From NCBI GenBank assembly GCA_000708835.1, contig DF237659.1, positions 1 through 42,315 of the forward strand: 42,315 nt of DNA. Direction: 5' to 3'. This document shows, in pieces, positions 23,391-35,487 of this stretch. The position numbers and the translations under genes are program-made. Source of the stretch: Klebsormidium nitens. Taxonomy: Eukaryota > Plantae > Klebsormidiophyceae. How positions within the stretch are numbered: position 1 is the stretch's first letter; every line of letters starts with the position of its first letter. Below the pieces are notes generated by a model. It made no database searches, was not told the origin of the DNA, and saw only the letters and a program-made list of their open reading frames with translations.

Positions 23391-24435
23391 CCTTTCGCAG
23401 CCGTGGATTGGGCATGTTTTGGCGCGTTCTGGACCACCGGCCAGTTCCGCAGTCACGATCTTCAAATTACCTTGATGCAAGAATTCCAGTCTCCCGGCTC
23501 TGAACACAAACTTCAGATCTCAGTTTGTTTTGATCCATTGTATCACTCCGACCACCATTTTGCGTCTCCTTTTGCAGCCGTGGAGTGGGCGATGTTTGGT
23601 GCGTTCTGGACCAACGGCCAGGTTTTAGTCACGATCTTTGAAACCACGTACGGCATGATGTCGAATCCGACGGCCTTTGAAACTGTTTCTAAAACTCGTA
23701 TATCTGATCAATATATCGATCCGACCAGCAATTTCTTTTCCTTTCGCAGCCGTGGAGTGGGCGATGTTCGGCGCGTTCTGGACCAACGGCCAGATCTGCA
23801 GCGCCACGTCACGACTCCTCGTGCAAGAGAGCATCGCCGACGAGTTCAAGCGGAAGCTCAAGGCGTGGGCGGAGGCCATTGTGATTGCGGACCCACTGAA
23901 CCGCAAGTCGCGCCTCGGGCCGCTAGTTAGCGAAAGCCAGGTGAGAGTCTTTTAGCGAGTTCGGTCTACTTTTTTGTTTTTCCTGACTCCGAGCACAAGC
24001 TCAGAAAGTGGGCGGAGGCCATCGTGAATGCGGACCCACTGATCCGCAAGTCGCGCCTCGGGCCGCTAGTCAGCGAAAGTCAGGTGAGAGTCTTTTAGGT
24101 CAATTCGAAACGAAGTTGGGTTTGCTTTTTGGTCATTCAACTGTTTTCTGAGTTCAAGCGAAGCTCAAGGCGTGGGCGGGGCTATCGTCATCGCTGACCC
24201 ACTCAACCGCAAGTCGCTCGGGCCGCTAGTCAGCGAAAGCCAGGTGAGATTGTTTTGGGTTTTGGATCAGAACGGAGTTGGGTTTATTTTTTTATATTTT
24301 CTGAGTTGAGCACAAGCTCAGAACGTGGGCGAGGCCATTGTGATCTGCTGACCAACTCAACCGCATGGACGCAAGCTAGTGCAATCGCTGACCAACTGCA
24401 CCGCGTTGGCCGCTTGTCCGCGAAAGCCAGGTAAG
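23391..24435 (+). repeat. Tandem copies of both ends of ALDH exon 9 (3 acceptors, 4 donors)
   Basis: gcag|ccgtgga..tggacca.cggccag at 23401, 23578 and 23750. cgaaag(c/t)cag|gt(g/a)aga donors at 23941, 24084, 24244 and 24431. Confidence 0.9.
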
Positions 24436-25577
24436 AGTTTTGTCGCTTTGAGATTGTAGCAAGAACGAGTACTTGTTATCCTCTAGTCGCAATTGGTCAT
24501 GATCAGTCGCAGTTTTTGAGTCATTTGGCTAGAGAATGCCATGTGGGCTTGAAACAGCTCATGCAGAACCTCATCAAACTTCGACTACGATGGTTTTTGC
24601 AAGTCAATAACTGCTTCAACTGTCGGGTTGTAGTGAAAGACGAGGACTGGGCTGCTGCATGGTGATCACGTACTTCTTGCGGTTATGACAGGATACATAG
24701 CTCAATAAGTTGCAAAAGTAAACGCATACAGATTACGGATCAAAACATGGAGCCCTGATTTTGCAAAGACTGATTGCCCCCGTTTGCAAGTTTCCGGAAA
24801 ACACTCGAACTCTAGACATCAGCTATTCGGCGACATACATCTGAGGAGTGGTTGCTTGCTCAGTTGCGGTACAAGCTGCTTAGAGGGACCCTAATCAGTA
24901 ACAGGTAGCTCGTGCACAATCATTTGAAGCGAATGAGAGAAGGCAAGACGAGTCCTGACTTCCACAAGGAAGCTCGTATTGACTCCTCCCTGGGAACCCC
25001 TGAGAGCCAGACCATAACGTCCAACTGCCGCACAAATGGAGATGCTCTGCTAATAGGCTGCGATCTAACGTCCCCCAGTCCCGTGACATACAATGATGTG
25101 TGACGAAGACAGACAGCTAGCAGCACCCGGGGAAAAGTACTGCCTTGGGTGTTTGCCCAAGGCAGTACAGAATGGATGCATTTCAGGAAGTTGCTACAGG
25201 AGACCTTGGCAGATTTCTTTCATTACCGTGTCAAGAGATGTTCAGGTTACATGCGCCCACAGTAAACAATTTTCCAAAGTCGAAAGGTCTGCCTCCCCAC
25301 CAAGGATGCAAACAATCTGCCAGTGCATAAGAAGCCGCCTGAGTAGTAGGGCTCCTCTGGGTATCATGGCGAAGCGGACTGTCCTGTACGGATCCGGCTA
25401 TGATGGACTTCTGGAATGAGACGTTGCCTCAATAGGTGTAGTCCAGGGATGCCGACCTTATCGCAAGTATTTGGAGTTTTCTCGATCGGTTCGAAGAATC
25501 CTGTAGTTCCAGATTGCTCTCTGAATAGATGCCTGGAGTGTGCTTGGCCGGGGACCTTTGGGGTGGTCGGTAAGCCT

Positions 25578-25930
25578 CCCCGGGGCTCAAAGCACCGTGC
25601 AGCGCGCCCTCAAAAACTGCGTTCTGCGCGGTGCTTCCAGCCCCGGGCAAGTTTTCGTGGTCGAAGGACACACCGGGGGGTCGGAGCATCCTGCGGGGCG
25701 CCGCCAAAACAGGCGGACTGCGTGGCGCGTCGACCCTCCGACACAATCTCGTGGCCGGGTGACCTGCCCCGGGGCTCAAACCACCGCGCAACAAAAAGGC
25801 AAAGCGCCGTCGCGCGGTGCTTTGAGCCCCAGGCAACATGATTTCGCAGACAGGCAACAACTCCGGGCCTTGGTAGCTCCTCAAACAGCGCCACAGGGAA
25901 GGCGCAGCGCGCGGTGCCGCAGCCCGGGAC
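25578..25930. mobile_element. Cluster of short (~70-nt) inverted-repeat elements, MITE-like
   Basis: Arms ccccggggctcaaa(g/c)caccg(t/c)gc and gcgcggtgctt(tg/cc)agcccc(g/a)gg at 25578-25647 and 25767-25833, plus a partial third unit at about 25862-25928. No target-site duplication confirmed. Confidence 0.5.
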
Positions 25931-26186
25931 AAAATGTCCGTGGTCAGAGGGACATACCTAGGACTCGAATTCTCATCCAAAGCGCCACCAGATCAGGTGC
26001 CCTTTTGCGTGCTTGCAGATCCGAGCAACTTTCGTGGGGTTGAAATCGTCCGGCAGCGCGACGCCAAGAAGGCACTCTTGAACTCCCCGTTGCGGCCGAT
26101 TTTATTTTTCCAACCTTCCTGTCTGCTGTTGTTGGCTGCATGGTAATACGAGCTGGATTCAGGTCCCATCTTTTTTGTGTTTGTCT

Positions 26187-29100
26187 CTACTTCCTGATTG
26201 GATAGGCCAGGATAGGAATTGAAGTTTGAGAGCGCAAGCACCTCTCACGGTTCACGTTCCAGCGTTGATAACAACGCGTATGTACGAAGATGATTCCATC
26301 CTTTAAGAGCGACGGTTTGTGTCTTTTGGACGGATAATGGTCTCTTCTCGCCCCCTGGCCCCAAATGAAAGCGTCAGGCCATGTCTTTAGTGTGAGTGAG
26401 TCCCAGTGCTGTGAATTTTTTCGGAACCGACCGGACGGTGCGGATGTCCACGGCTGCCTGCAGCATCCTGTGGGCAGCTCTCGTGACCTTGTCGGAGTTG
26501 GTCGATTAGCTTTGCGGATTGTACTCTCCTCGCTGGTACTTCTGCCTGGACTCACCGTCACGCTCTTTTGCGGGGCTCGTTCCGCAGTTGAGCACTCCCG
26601 TTTATTCCTAACCACTCGGTCAGTTGCGGATTCACGACTCCGCTTGCGTCTTTGAAAAAGGTTCGCCGCCCTCAGGATGTCGGTGGACTGCTGACGTCAT
26701 CCGCCCTCAGTTTGGTGTACTCGGTTCCTCTTCCAGGACTCTCAAATTGGATTGAGTCTGATCCGACGCCACTCTTTTTCTCTGCAGATTACCGGCTCGA
26801 GCCTTACAGTTGCATTAGAAGGTAAGCCCTCGTATTGTGCATCGTACTCCTCAAGTTCGCGATGTCTTTGCCGATCATTTGCCGCCATATTCAGGGATTG
26901 CCTGGTTTGTCATCGAGTCTGGCGAGAGCGTGAGTATGAAGATTGATCTGGCCGATGTTTTGCAGGTTGCGGAGTAGGACAGTCTCGTTCCTTTCTTAAG
27001 GTGAGAGCCCTCGAGCCATCCTCTCATCCATCTGATCAGCAAACGTACTATCATTAGGTTAGGAGCTTGTAGAAGAGTCCGTCCCAGCTGTGGGCTCTCG
27101 CAGGTTGCAAAATTGGGCATTGAAAGATTTGTTCCCTGCTCAAAATGAGATACTATTGCATACTATTTGGACTGGCTTGTCATGCTAATCCCCATAAATC
27201 CTGATTCCTTTGCAGCAGACCATGATCCTGACGGAGTTGTACATATAAGCGCGAAGGTGAGCGTGTTTACGGGGTATTCCATATTATGCACTTTTTCATG
27301 ACTGACTTCCGGACAGGCGGTCGATATTGAGAGTCCTTTGGGCGTTGAACGACCCATCTGAATTGCTATATGTAGGAGTGCTGGGCTGAGCATCGTAAGA
27401 CTTTGTTAGCCGGCCTTTCGTGGCGAGGCGTCCATGCGAAGATGGTCGACTTTATGTCGATCTTAGAAGGAGCGGTTTCATTGACTCCTGTTGCCTCTTC
27501 ATTGACGCCCCTTCATTCTCGCAGGCAATTGTTGGGTGATCAAGGTGTTCCGTGCATCAAAAGGTAAGAAGCCATCACGTTTCCTACCGAAGGACAGCGA
27601 ACGCTTCTTACACTTGTACTACCTTTAATCAGTAGAATTGAAGCTGAGCCGTTGCTTTCGGACATGAAGTGCAGCCGTTGCTTTCTAACGGTTCCTTTTC
27701 ACCTCGCTTCTGTCCTGACTCCTTGTGAGGTTCGATCACCAACATACTCAGGGTCTGAATACTCAATCTGCTTCAGAATACGGCTGGCTTGTCGACGTCC
27801 GTTATCGTCTGTGGTAGCAATCAGTACGCTCGCCCTTGCAGGTCAATACCGGAGGCGGTCCTGAAGCGACAGCATCGCGCACAAGCTCGTAATTGTGGAG
27901 GAGATCATACAGGCGACATTCGTGAGTCAGGGGTTTATGCTGAAATTGGTGAGCACAGATTGAGGTTCCCTGAGGGGGACTTTTCACTGTGTGGTTAGTT
28001 TTGACGGCTTTGGTTTACATGCTTACGCACTGCGCAGGACTCTAGCGTGGCAGCAGGTACACTGGATTCGGTTAAATTATAGATCTTCGGCAAAGTCGAC
28101 CAGGTTCTATTGGAGGACTGCGTCTTTACAGGTTAGGACAGTAGGTCGTACGTGCGATCCAAGATGAAGACCCACTAACTTTAGAACGACTTGGAGGTGA
28201 GGGATAGACCATTGAGCAGCTGGTCAAAGTTGTATTTTACCACTGGATACTTGTTGAAGTTACGGTTCAATATTGCACGCTATTTGCCCAGTATTATTGC
28301 ACAAGATATCATGTCTGGTGCATCATAACCGACTCGAACACACAGCAGCCTCAGGCTGACCGACACCATGCTATAGCATTCCCAATATATGCACAGCATG
28401 GTTTCCATTCAGTTTTTGTATGCCTTCCACATGATTTCCTCTTGACCCCCAGAGCTCGGAGTTCGCACGGTTGCAGCACGGATTCTATGTGCATGGAAAC
28501 CGTGCCATCTTCGCATGAATGTTATTGACAAGTACCGCATGGACAATGGGAACTGCATACGAAGTCTGACCGCAACGAAACCGCACGGGATTCAAATGAG
28601 AATATGTCGGGTTTCCAAGCGCTAGAACTTCGTACGCAATCTATATAAGGGGGGTGTTTTGTGACTGGCAGTCTTTACTAGAAGCTCAGCCAATAGTGAC
28701 CTATTTACGCTGGTCCCAGCCCAGGCAGCGTACAAGACAGGCTTGCGCCTCCTCTTCCATAACTCTGCATATTGCACGCTCACATCATTGAGCAGTCCTT
28801 GGAATGTATCTGAGACCCCCATGTTGAAGTTAGGCAAGCTCATGTCATCATCGGGCGCTACGTGAAACGCCCACTGGCCGGAACATCCATTGCGCATACC
28901 GAGTGAATGCAAAAGCCACGGCGGTAGCCAAAGATCTGCTTCCAATCACCAATTGCGGTCTGCTCTTCTGGATTGCAAGTACTGCAGGCATGAGACAACA
29001 TGCACCATGACTTCGTCAGCTGTCGTGCAATCAGCAGGGTCCATGCTATTCGATCATGCAACGAGTTTCCCATTGCTTGTGACGCAGGTGTCGCGCGCAA

Positions 29101-29460
29101 TGATTCCCACCATTTTCCCACCCCAACGAGATGGGGCTCTCAACTTGCTCGTCTTGGCTCCTCGCCAGAGCGCGCGCTTATCTGTTGGCGGTCGCCTCGA
29201 ATCTCGGACCCAATATTTGATGTGGCGGTCACGCTAGATGTAGCGGCACTGAACCTCTCTCCCGCCTCTCTGGCATGGCTGCGAGAGGTGCCCAAGGAGT
29301 TCACATGCAGCATGCCGATAGAGGGGCACTGGATAGCTTTCATCGATGCGGGGATCATCACGTACTACAGGGAAGATCTCGCGAGAGCGAAACGGTTCAA
29401 GATGCGCCTGTGCAGACAACTTAAGGTAGATCAGACAACCACTTCATCCATTGTGCAGAC
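26187..29460 (-). pseudogene. Heavily degenerate coding-like sequence of unknown origin (possibly a decayed transposon or gene)
   Basis: Protein-like frames run through scattered stops, e.g. DSTFADQMDERMARGLSP*ERNETVLLRNLQNIGQINLHTHAL at about 26850-27040 and ...CLQYLQSRRADRNW*LEADLWLPPWLLH... at about 28620-29420. No family recognised. Confidence 0.25.
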
Positions 29461-30095
29461 GTATATGAGTCTCTAGCTTCATTTCATCCTACTTTCAGAC
29501 GCTAGCTCGAGCTCGTCTCGGTCATCATGTTGGGCTTGCCAATGGAATGCGTACACATGATCACACATCTACAAGCCTAGCCAAACAAAATCCAAACAAA
29601 TCCTTCAAGTCACTCCCTATTATCCTATTTGCCGTTTGTCCTCTTTTGATTCTCCCTTTCTTCTCTTCGATCTGCTGTTTTACAGACAGCAAATTCCCCT
29701 CCTGCTTTTATCATTGGCTGAATCACAACGAGGCTGACGTACAGGTAAAGGCCTTACATTCAAGCCTCTTACTTAGCACTATATGTGCTACCGTCTCTAC
29801 CATATCGGTCTGCTTCAACCTACACACAGGCAAACTTAACTACACAAATCCACACAAAATTCACACTCAATCCTGTCGCTCTAATTTTTCCGGATCCTCT
29901 TCAATCAGGGTCCACTCTCCGACTCTCCTTACGAAACTGATCCACACAATCACAGTGATCCATCTGCTGATGTGCTGGCCTGAAGGTAGGCGAGTGATCC
30001 CTCGCCGCTTCTGAAAAGGCAAAGCCTCCGTCGATCCAGATGGCGACCAGAGAGTACTCGTCCCTGGTTTGCCGTTCCTCCTCCGCTTGAACACC

Positions 30096-33000
30096 CTAAA
30101 CGTTCACAGTCTGATTGTTGTCACCGAAAGTCATGTCCCTGAACAGAGGCGGCGCGATAATCGTTTTCTGCACCTTGCTCGTAGACGCCCCGAAGATGTC
30201 GCTGAAGAGAACGCGGTCGCCCATGGCCAGCGCGGTCAGCGCGGTCGCGCGGCAGCCGGCTGCGCGGTAAACGAGCTGGTAGCCAGCAACTCTCTGCCCG
30301 CGGGTGATTGCGCTCTTCTTGTCCACCATTTTCTGGATGACGTCAGCCGCCTGCATACCAGGTATTGATAAGCACTCTTGGCATGTCATTCAAAAAGCTG
30401 CGTCGTTAACTTGAGCTGGATCGGCGGGCGTCCTACCGAAATGCAGGAAGCCGGATGCAGAGATGACTGACTGTGACCTCTGATGAGAGTCTCCTCACGA
30501 AGGCATTGAAGCAAGCGTTCTCAGACCAGCCACAAAGATTGGTATCAACCGTCTGCAAAGTTTGTCATCAGCGCAATCAACAGAAACCTATCAAAAACTT
30601 CAGGTTGCGAAAGATCCGGACGAAAGTAGATAGGTTTTGGCGCCTCTCAACCGAAATGACGTGATACGTTTGATGGAACGGGAAAGTAGGGCGTGACCGA
30701 AAGCAGCATATGAGTTTCTGTACACCAAAGTCAGCAAACGGCAGAGACTCTTGGAGGTCAAAAAGCAAGGTCCTCAATTAAAAGAAACCAAAAAAGCCGC
30801 TCGGCGTTCGCCCACCTGAGAGTCGGCAGCGGCCGCGACTGCCTCTGTCTTCGCCTGTTGCACCAAGTCGGTGGTAGCTTTGCCATCTAGGTCTCGCGTC
30901 GAGTTCAGCACACTCTGAGCGGCAGCCTGGAAAGCACCCTGGGCGGCGCCGATAGCCAACGGGGTAACCGTCTGGAGTTTGAAAGAGAGCCCAGTTCAGA
31001 AAGGGATTGAGGTGCATAGTCGTGGTCTTGAGCGAGTCGAAAAAGGCGGTCAAGGTTTGCTAACGTTTTCCCCGCAGAAAGAAGAAGACAGCGTGTTGAG
31101 GCTTCCTGGTTCAAAGCCGAGACAACAGCCAATCCCTATTGTTTCTGGGGCATGAACCCTCTTTCAAGAAGCTTATTCTAAGGGCAGCAAAGCTCACACG
31201 AAGCGAGCGAAGGCGCCAAAGCCTGTGGGCAAGCAGTACACTGCAAGATCTACCTTGAGTATTTGCGAAGCCCTTACCATACACGATCTGACCGGGAGAA
31301 GACTGTATAATTCAGTGTCGAAAACTCACCTTCAGCATGTCGGAGAAGAAGCCTCGCTTGTCACCGACCGGCACTTTGCCGGCGCTCAGTGCGACAGACG
31401 GACTTGTGGGTTTGGCGACGTTCACCAGCGCGTCAAACAGGCCGATGTCGCCGGCACCAAGCGCGACGACAGCCGCAGCGTCAAGTCCGTTCTGTCCGTT
31501 GGAGGCGAGTACGGACTTGTACAGAGAAACCTTGTCCACCGCTGTTGCCCCGCTGAACAGGTCGCTGACCTTGGACTTTGTCTGCACCGAAAGCAACGAA
31601 AAAGAGTTAGTTTTGAGAAGAGTCGCTTCCTTGAAGGAAGGCTTCGCAATTGATATCTTCCAGTAAACGTTCGTCCTTGGATCAGTCGGTCCATACTAGT
31701 CACGTGCCGTATTCTTTCGGCATTTGTTTGAAAAGATACTTTTGTAGCTCTTGGAAACGCATGCCTTCCTTCCAATAAGGCCTCCTCATTGAAGAGAGCC
31801 TCGAGTGTTTGAAACACGAACAGACGGAGTGAAGAGATTGTTGGTGGAATCAGCTTTGAACCGCAGAGTCTTCACGAACTAGAGAGGGCGCAAGAAGACC
31901 GCTCAACAGGCCACCCACCTGCTCGTCTTTCACCATTGATAGGGCCACCTGGCGGGCTCCCTGTGTCGCTTCATCTCCCAGGGATCGCTCTCCAAGCGCC
32001 TTCACGTAGTCGCTGACGTGTGAGGTGCCAAGAGTGACGCCGTTGAGGATGTTCTCAAGCGCGGCCGCGCCTGGCCCGCCTAAGACGGCGGTCAGCTGGT
32101 CGCGCGCGGCGGGTTCAAGGTCGCGCGACATGCCGGACAGGGCGCCGTTCATTGCTCCCAAGAGCGCTCCCTTTCCCACGCTCAGGAGGCTGTCGAACAA
32201 GCCCCGGTTGTTGGCCGCGAGGGCTGTGAGAGCGGTGACTGAGGGGCCTGCCCGCGCGTAGAGAGCGCAGTAGGCGGCTGTGTCGTTGGCGCCGGTGGAG
32301 ATCAGGTCGGTTGCCGCTTTGACCGCCTGCAAGCGGAGGTTTGAGGTTTACGGTTTGAGGTTCGAGGAGGTTCAAGTAGAGAGGCGGAGGGGGTTTTGCG
32401 CTGCTCCGCATCCTCCACTAAGAAGAGTCCTGCGGCCGGCTACGCGCTCGAGATGAGATGGCTGTCTGATGGCATTAGGGCGGCCCGTCGACGGCTCGGC
32501 ATGACCAAAATAGAGAGCGGTGAATCAATCTTTCACACACCCTTTCAAGACGACGATGGCGGTGGCACGAGGATCAACTTCAGTGAGGGCTGCGCTTGAG
32601 CAGTGAGGGCTGCGCTTGAGCAATCTGCTTGCTATTGCTGTCTATCACTTCAGTTTCGGTAGGGACGAGCGTGCGGGCGTTTCGACAACGAAACTTTCGT
32701 AGCTAACAGGGGCGGAAGCGGAGGGTTCGGATTCAACAGGGGAACAAAAGTAAAGACATCTACTTTTGTCAAAGTGGCTTACCTGGCTGTCGGTAACTGT
32801 CTTCCGGATGACGTCAAGGGCATGCATCTTGAGGTCGTCGCTGCTCAGCTGGCTGCGCTTCGAGCTCAACAACGCGAGGGCAGTGTTGAGGACCGGCTCC
32901 TCCTGGCGCCGGCTGCCTGCGACCGGTAGGTCACGGCTGAGCGCGCTGTTGACCGCGCCGTTGACCGCGCCAATCGCAATCGGCTTCAGGAAGTCGAAGA

Positions 33001-35487
33001 CGTCACCAAAAAGGCTGCGGTCCATTCCGTCGACAACGAGAGCGCGGGCTGGGCCGCCAATTGCGGCTGTGAGAGCAATGTTGGCGACAGGGACGAGGAT
33101 GCTGAGCACGCTGTCAAAGAAGCCGCGGTCGCCGGCCGCAAGCGCGGTCAAGGCCGCGACCTTGGGACCCGCAGTGTCGACTATAGTGTGGTACAGCTGG
33201 GTGCGCCGGGGCGCCCCCATAAGGAGCGAGTTGTCGACCAGCTGCTGGACGGTGTCGGAGGCCTGAAAGGGTTGAAAAAGGCGATGGAGCGGGCGTGCAA
33301 GAATTGGAGTGATGCCTGAGGAGTACCTCACTTGGTTTGTGCTTGCTAGCGAAGTCAATGCTTACCTACGTTCATTCCAAAAAAGTAACTGAAAGGAGGA
33401 CTTACAAGGAATGAGCCCTTGCATTTGCAAAGCCAAAGCAATGCAAGCCACCAAGCTAATATACACAAGTCGGCTGAGCTGAAGTTGGCCCCCAACTACT
33501 ACCGTCTAATCTACTCGGGCCGCACTTTCCGGTAGGTGACTTGGGTGCAGCTTTTTGCATGAGAACACAGGCAAAATTCTTGTTATACCATGCCCAACTG
33601 GCAGAAGGAAGATAGACTCACCCCGGGCGTGTCGCCAGCCACCTTCTGCACTACTCGCAGCGCCTGCGCGCGCACAGCTGGATCGCCCAGGTCGCGCGCC
33701 CCGAAGGTGGAGATGGCGTTGGTCAGGAGCCCGTCGTACAAGCCGTTGCCGGTATGCGCACTCAGGTCCCGAGAGGCGAAAAGGCTCAGACCCGCCCCCA
33801 CAATGTCCCCGAAGAGATCACGGTTGTAGGGATCGTCGGTAGACAGGTCGCGGCCGCCAAATGCACCATTGACAGCTCCCTGCAAACAGATCTTCGTCTA
33901 TCGATGCTTCTCCCGGGGATGATTGGATGATGATTCTGTCAGAGAAATCGAAGCTGGTACCACGTATGTGGGCACCAGTTCACGAGAAGCTGGCATAATC
34001 TGCTCAGCAATGATGAGCAGAGAAGTCATGTCCTGTTGAAGAACACAGTGAGCTGCTTTCATCAGAACAACCAACTTTCGTTGATTACTTCGTTCATTTG
34101 TTGATCGTACGTGCCAAGCCAAGCCGTTGGTTCCAAGCGGAAATATTGGGCACAGCAGATTTCCATCACTCTCAATTCCTTAATTCCCTTCAACTTACGG
34201 AGAGAGCGGCTAGGCCGATGTTCTTCAGAGAGTCGAAAAGCCCGCGGTCGCCCGCCGCCAGCGCGACGAGCGCGGCCGCCTTGGGTCCCGCACGATTGTA
34301 AACGAGCTTGTAGCCGCGACGCTTGGCATCGTAGGAAAGGGTGCCTCCCGCAGGGTTGGCGAGCTGCTGTGCCGCTGAAATCACCTGACGTGACAAGAAG
34401 ATGGACAAGTCTAAGGGACACTCTCACAGATCCACTCAGGGAAGTGAACAAGTGAAGGATACTGCAAATGTTGCCCTTCGCGAGTAATCTGCCGCAACCA
34501 TCATTTATGCACCTGAAAGCCAACGTGGATGGGCTTGCAAAGTGCTGAAAAGGACAGTACATAGTCAGAGACAATGACGGAGCGTAATGCTTAGAAGTAT
34601 TGGACCTTGATCTCTTGACATTATTGACACTTGCCAAGAGCCTACTGCGTTCGGACATTCGGCTCAAAAGTATCCTACTTCAGCAACAGCGGCTAAGAAG
34701 GATGAGGTTTTCCTTTGAATCACTTGCGCTCAAACCTCCACTTTTTGCAACTGTAAGTTTGCAACAGGCCTGAGTAGAAATAGGTACCCAAGTCATCGTC
34801 CTAACGACAAAAATTGCACTAGCAAATGCTTTGTTGAAAGAAGTTTTCATGCTTGGTTGTGATTGTCACAACACTCACCTCAGGATCGGCGACGAAGTTC
34901 TGAACAATGGCAAGGGCCTGCTCTTTGACTCCCGTTTTAGGACCAGCCATATCGCGAGTCGCCGCATCCAAAATCTGGATTGCCGTTCCCAGAAGACCGT
35001 CAAAGAGGCCGCGCGGCCGCCCGCCGCCACCCACCACGCTTCGAATTCCGATGGCACCTTGGAGCGCACCAGCGGCCATGCCGGCCGCGCCTGAGCCCAC
35101 ACCTCCGAGGGCGCCCTGGAGCGCGCCAGCGGCCATTGGCTTGACCGTGCTCCAGAGGTCGTCGAAGAAGCCACGCTCGTCTGCCGGCATGCGCGTGAGC
35201 GCGCCCAGCGCGTCATTGATGACGTCAGCAAGTCCGCTCTGGACGTCCGCCGCCAAGCCCGATGGAACAAGGGGATCAGCGACCCAGACGGCAGCAGAAC
35301 GGAGTTGGGTGTGCTCAGGGAGAAGCGTAAGGGCGTCGTCGAAGAGCGCGCAGTCGCCGGCAGCAAGCGCGGTAAGTGCGGTGACGGTGGGACCGGCCAG
35401 GGTGTTGAGGGCCTGATACTCAGCCGCCTTCTGGGCGGAGTGAAGGTTTCCCACGGAACTGGCAAGGGCGCTCACGGCGGACTTCAC
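30096..35487 (-). repeat. Six protein repeat modules (Y..L...AGP....L.ALAAGDRG[L/F]FD core followed by R-delimited Gly/Ala-rich amphipathic segments)
   Basis: Cores: LAGPTVTALTALAAGDCALFDD, RAGPKAAALVALAAGDRGLFDS, TAGPKVAALTALAAGDRGFFDS, RAGPSVTALTALAANNRGLFDS, GLDAAAVVALGAGDIGLFDA, AAGCRATALTALAMGDRVLFSD. Confidence 0.85.

Larger units (their letters stand above)
18863..23940 (+). pseudogene. ALDH10: ALDH10 (betaine/aminoaldehyde dehydrogenase) copy: internal stop, catalytic Glu->Gln, compensating frameshifts, 3' part not found
   Basis: Exons 18863-19004, 19395-19537, 19867-19947, 20440-20588, 21059-21151, 21557-21680, 22195-22260, 22802-22868, 23750-23940. Motifs: [59 protein letters not shown]. 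Lesions: in-frame TAG at 22249-22251; PVSLQLGGKS; +1/-1 indels at about 19415 and 19490. No C-terminal exons were found downstream. The lesions could partly be assembly errors. Confidence 0.8.

Noticed and set aside
29867-30015. Additional last exon of the metacaspase gene after the acceptor gccttttcag at about 30011
   Set aside because: No frame resembles the repeat modules and the upstream donor is weak; it may be a 3'-UTR intron. Left unresolved.
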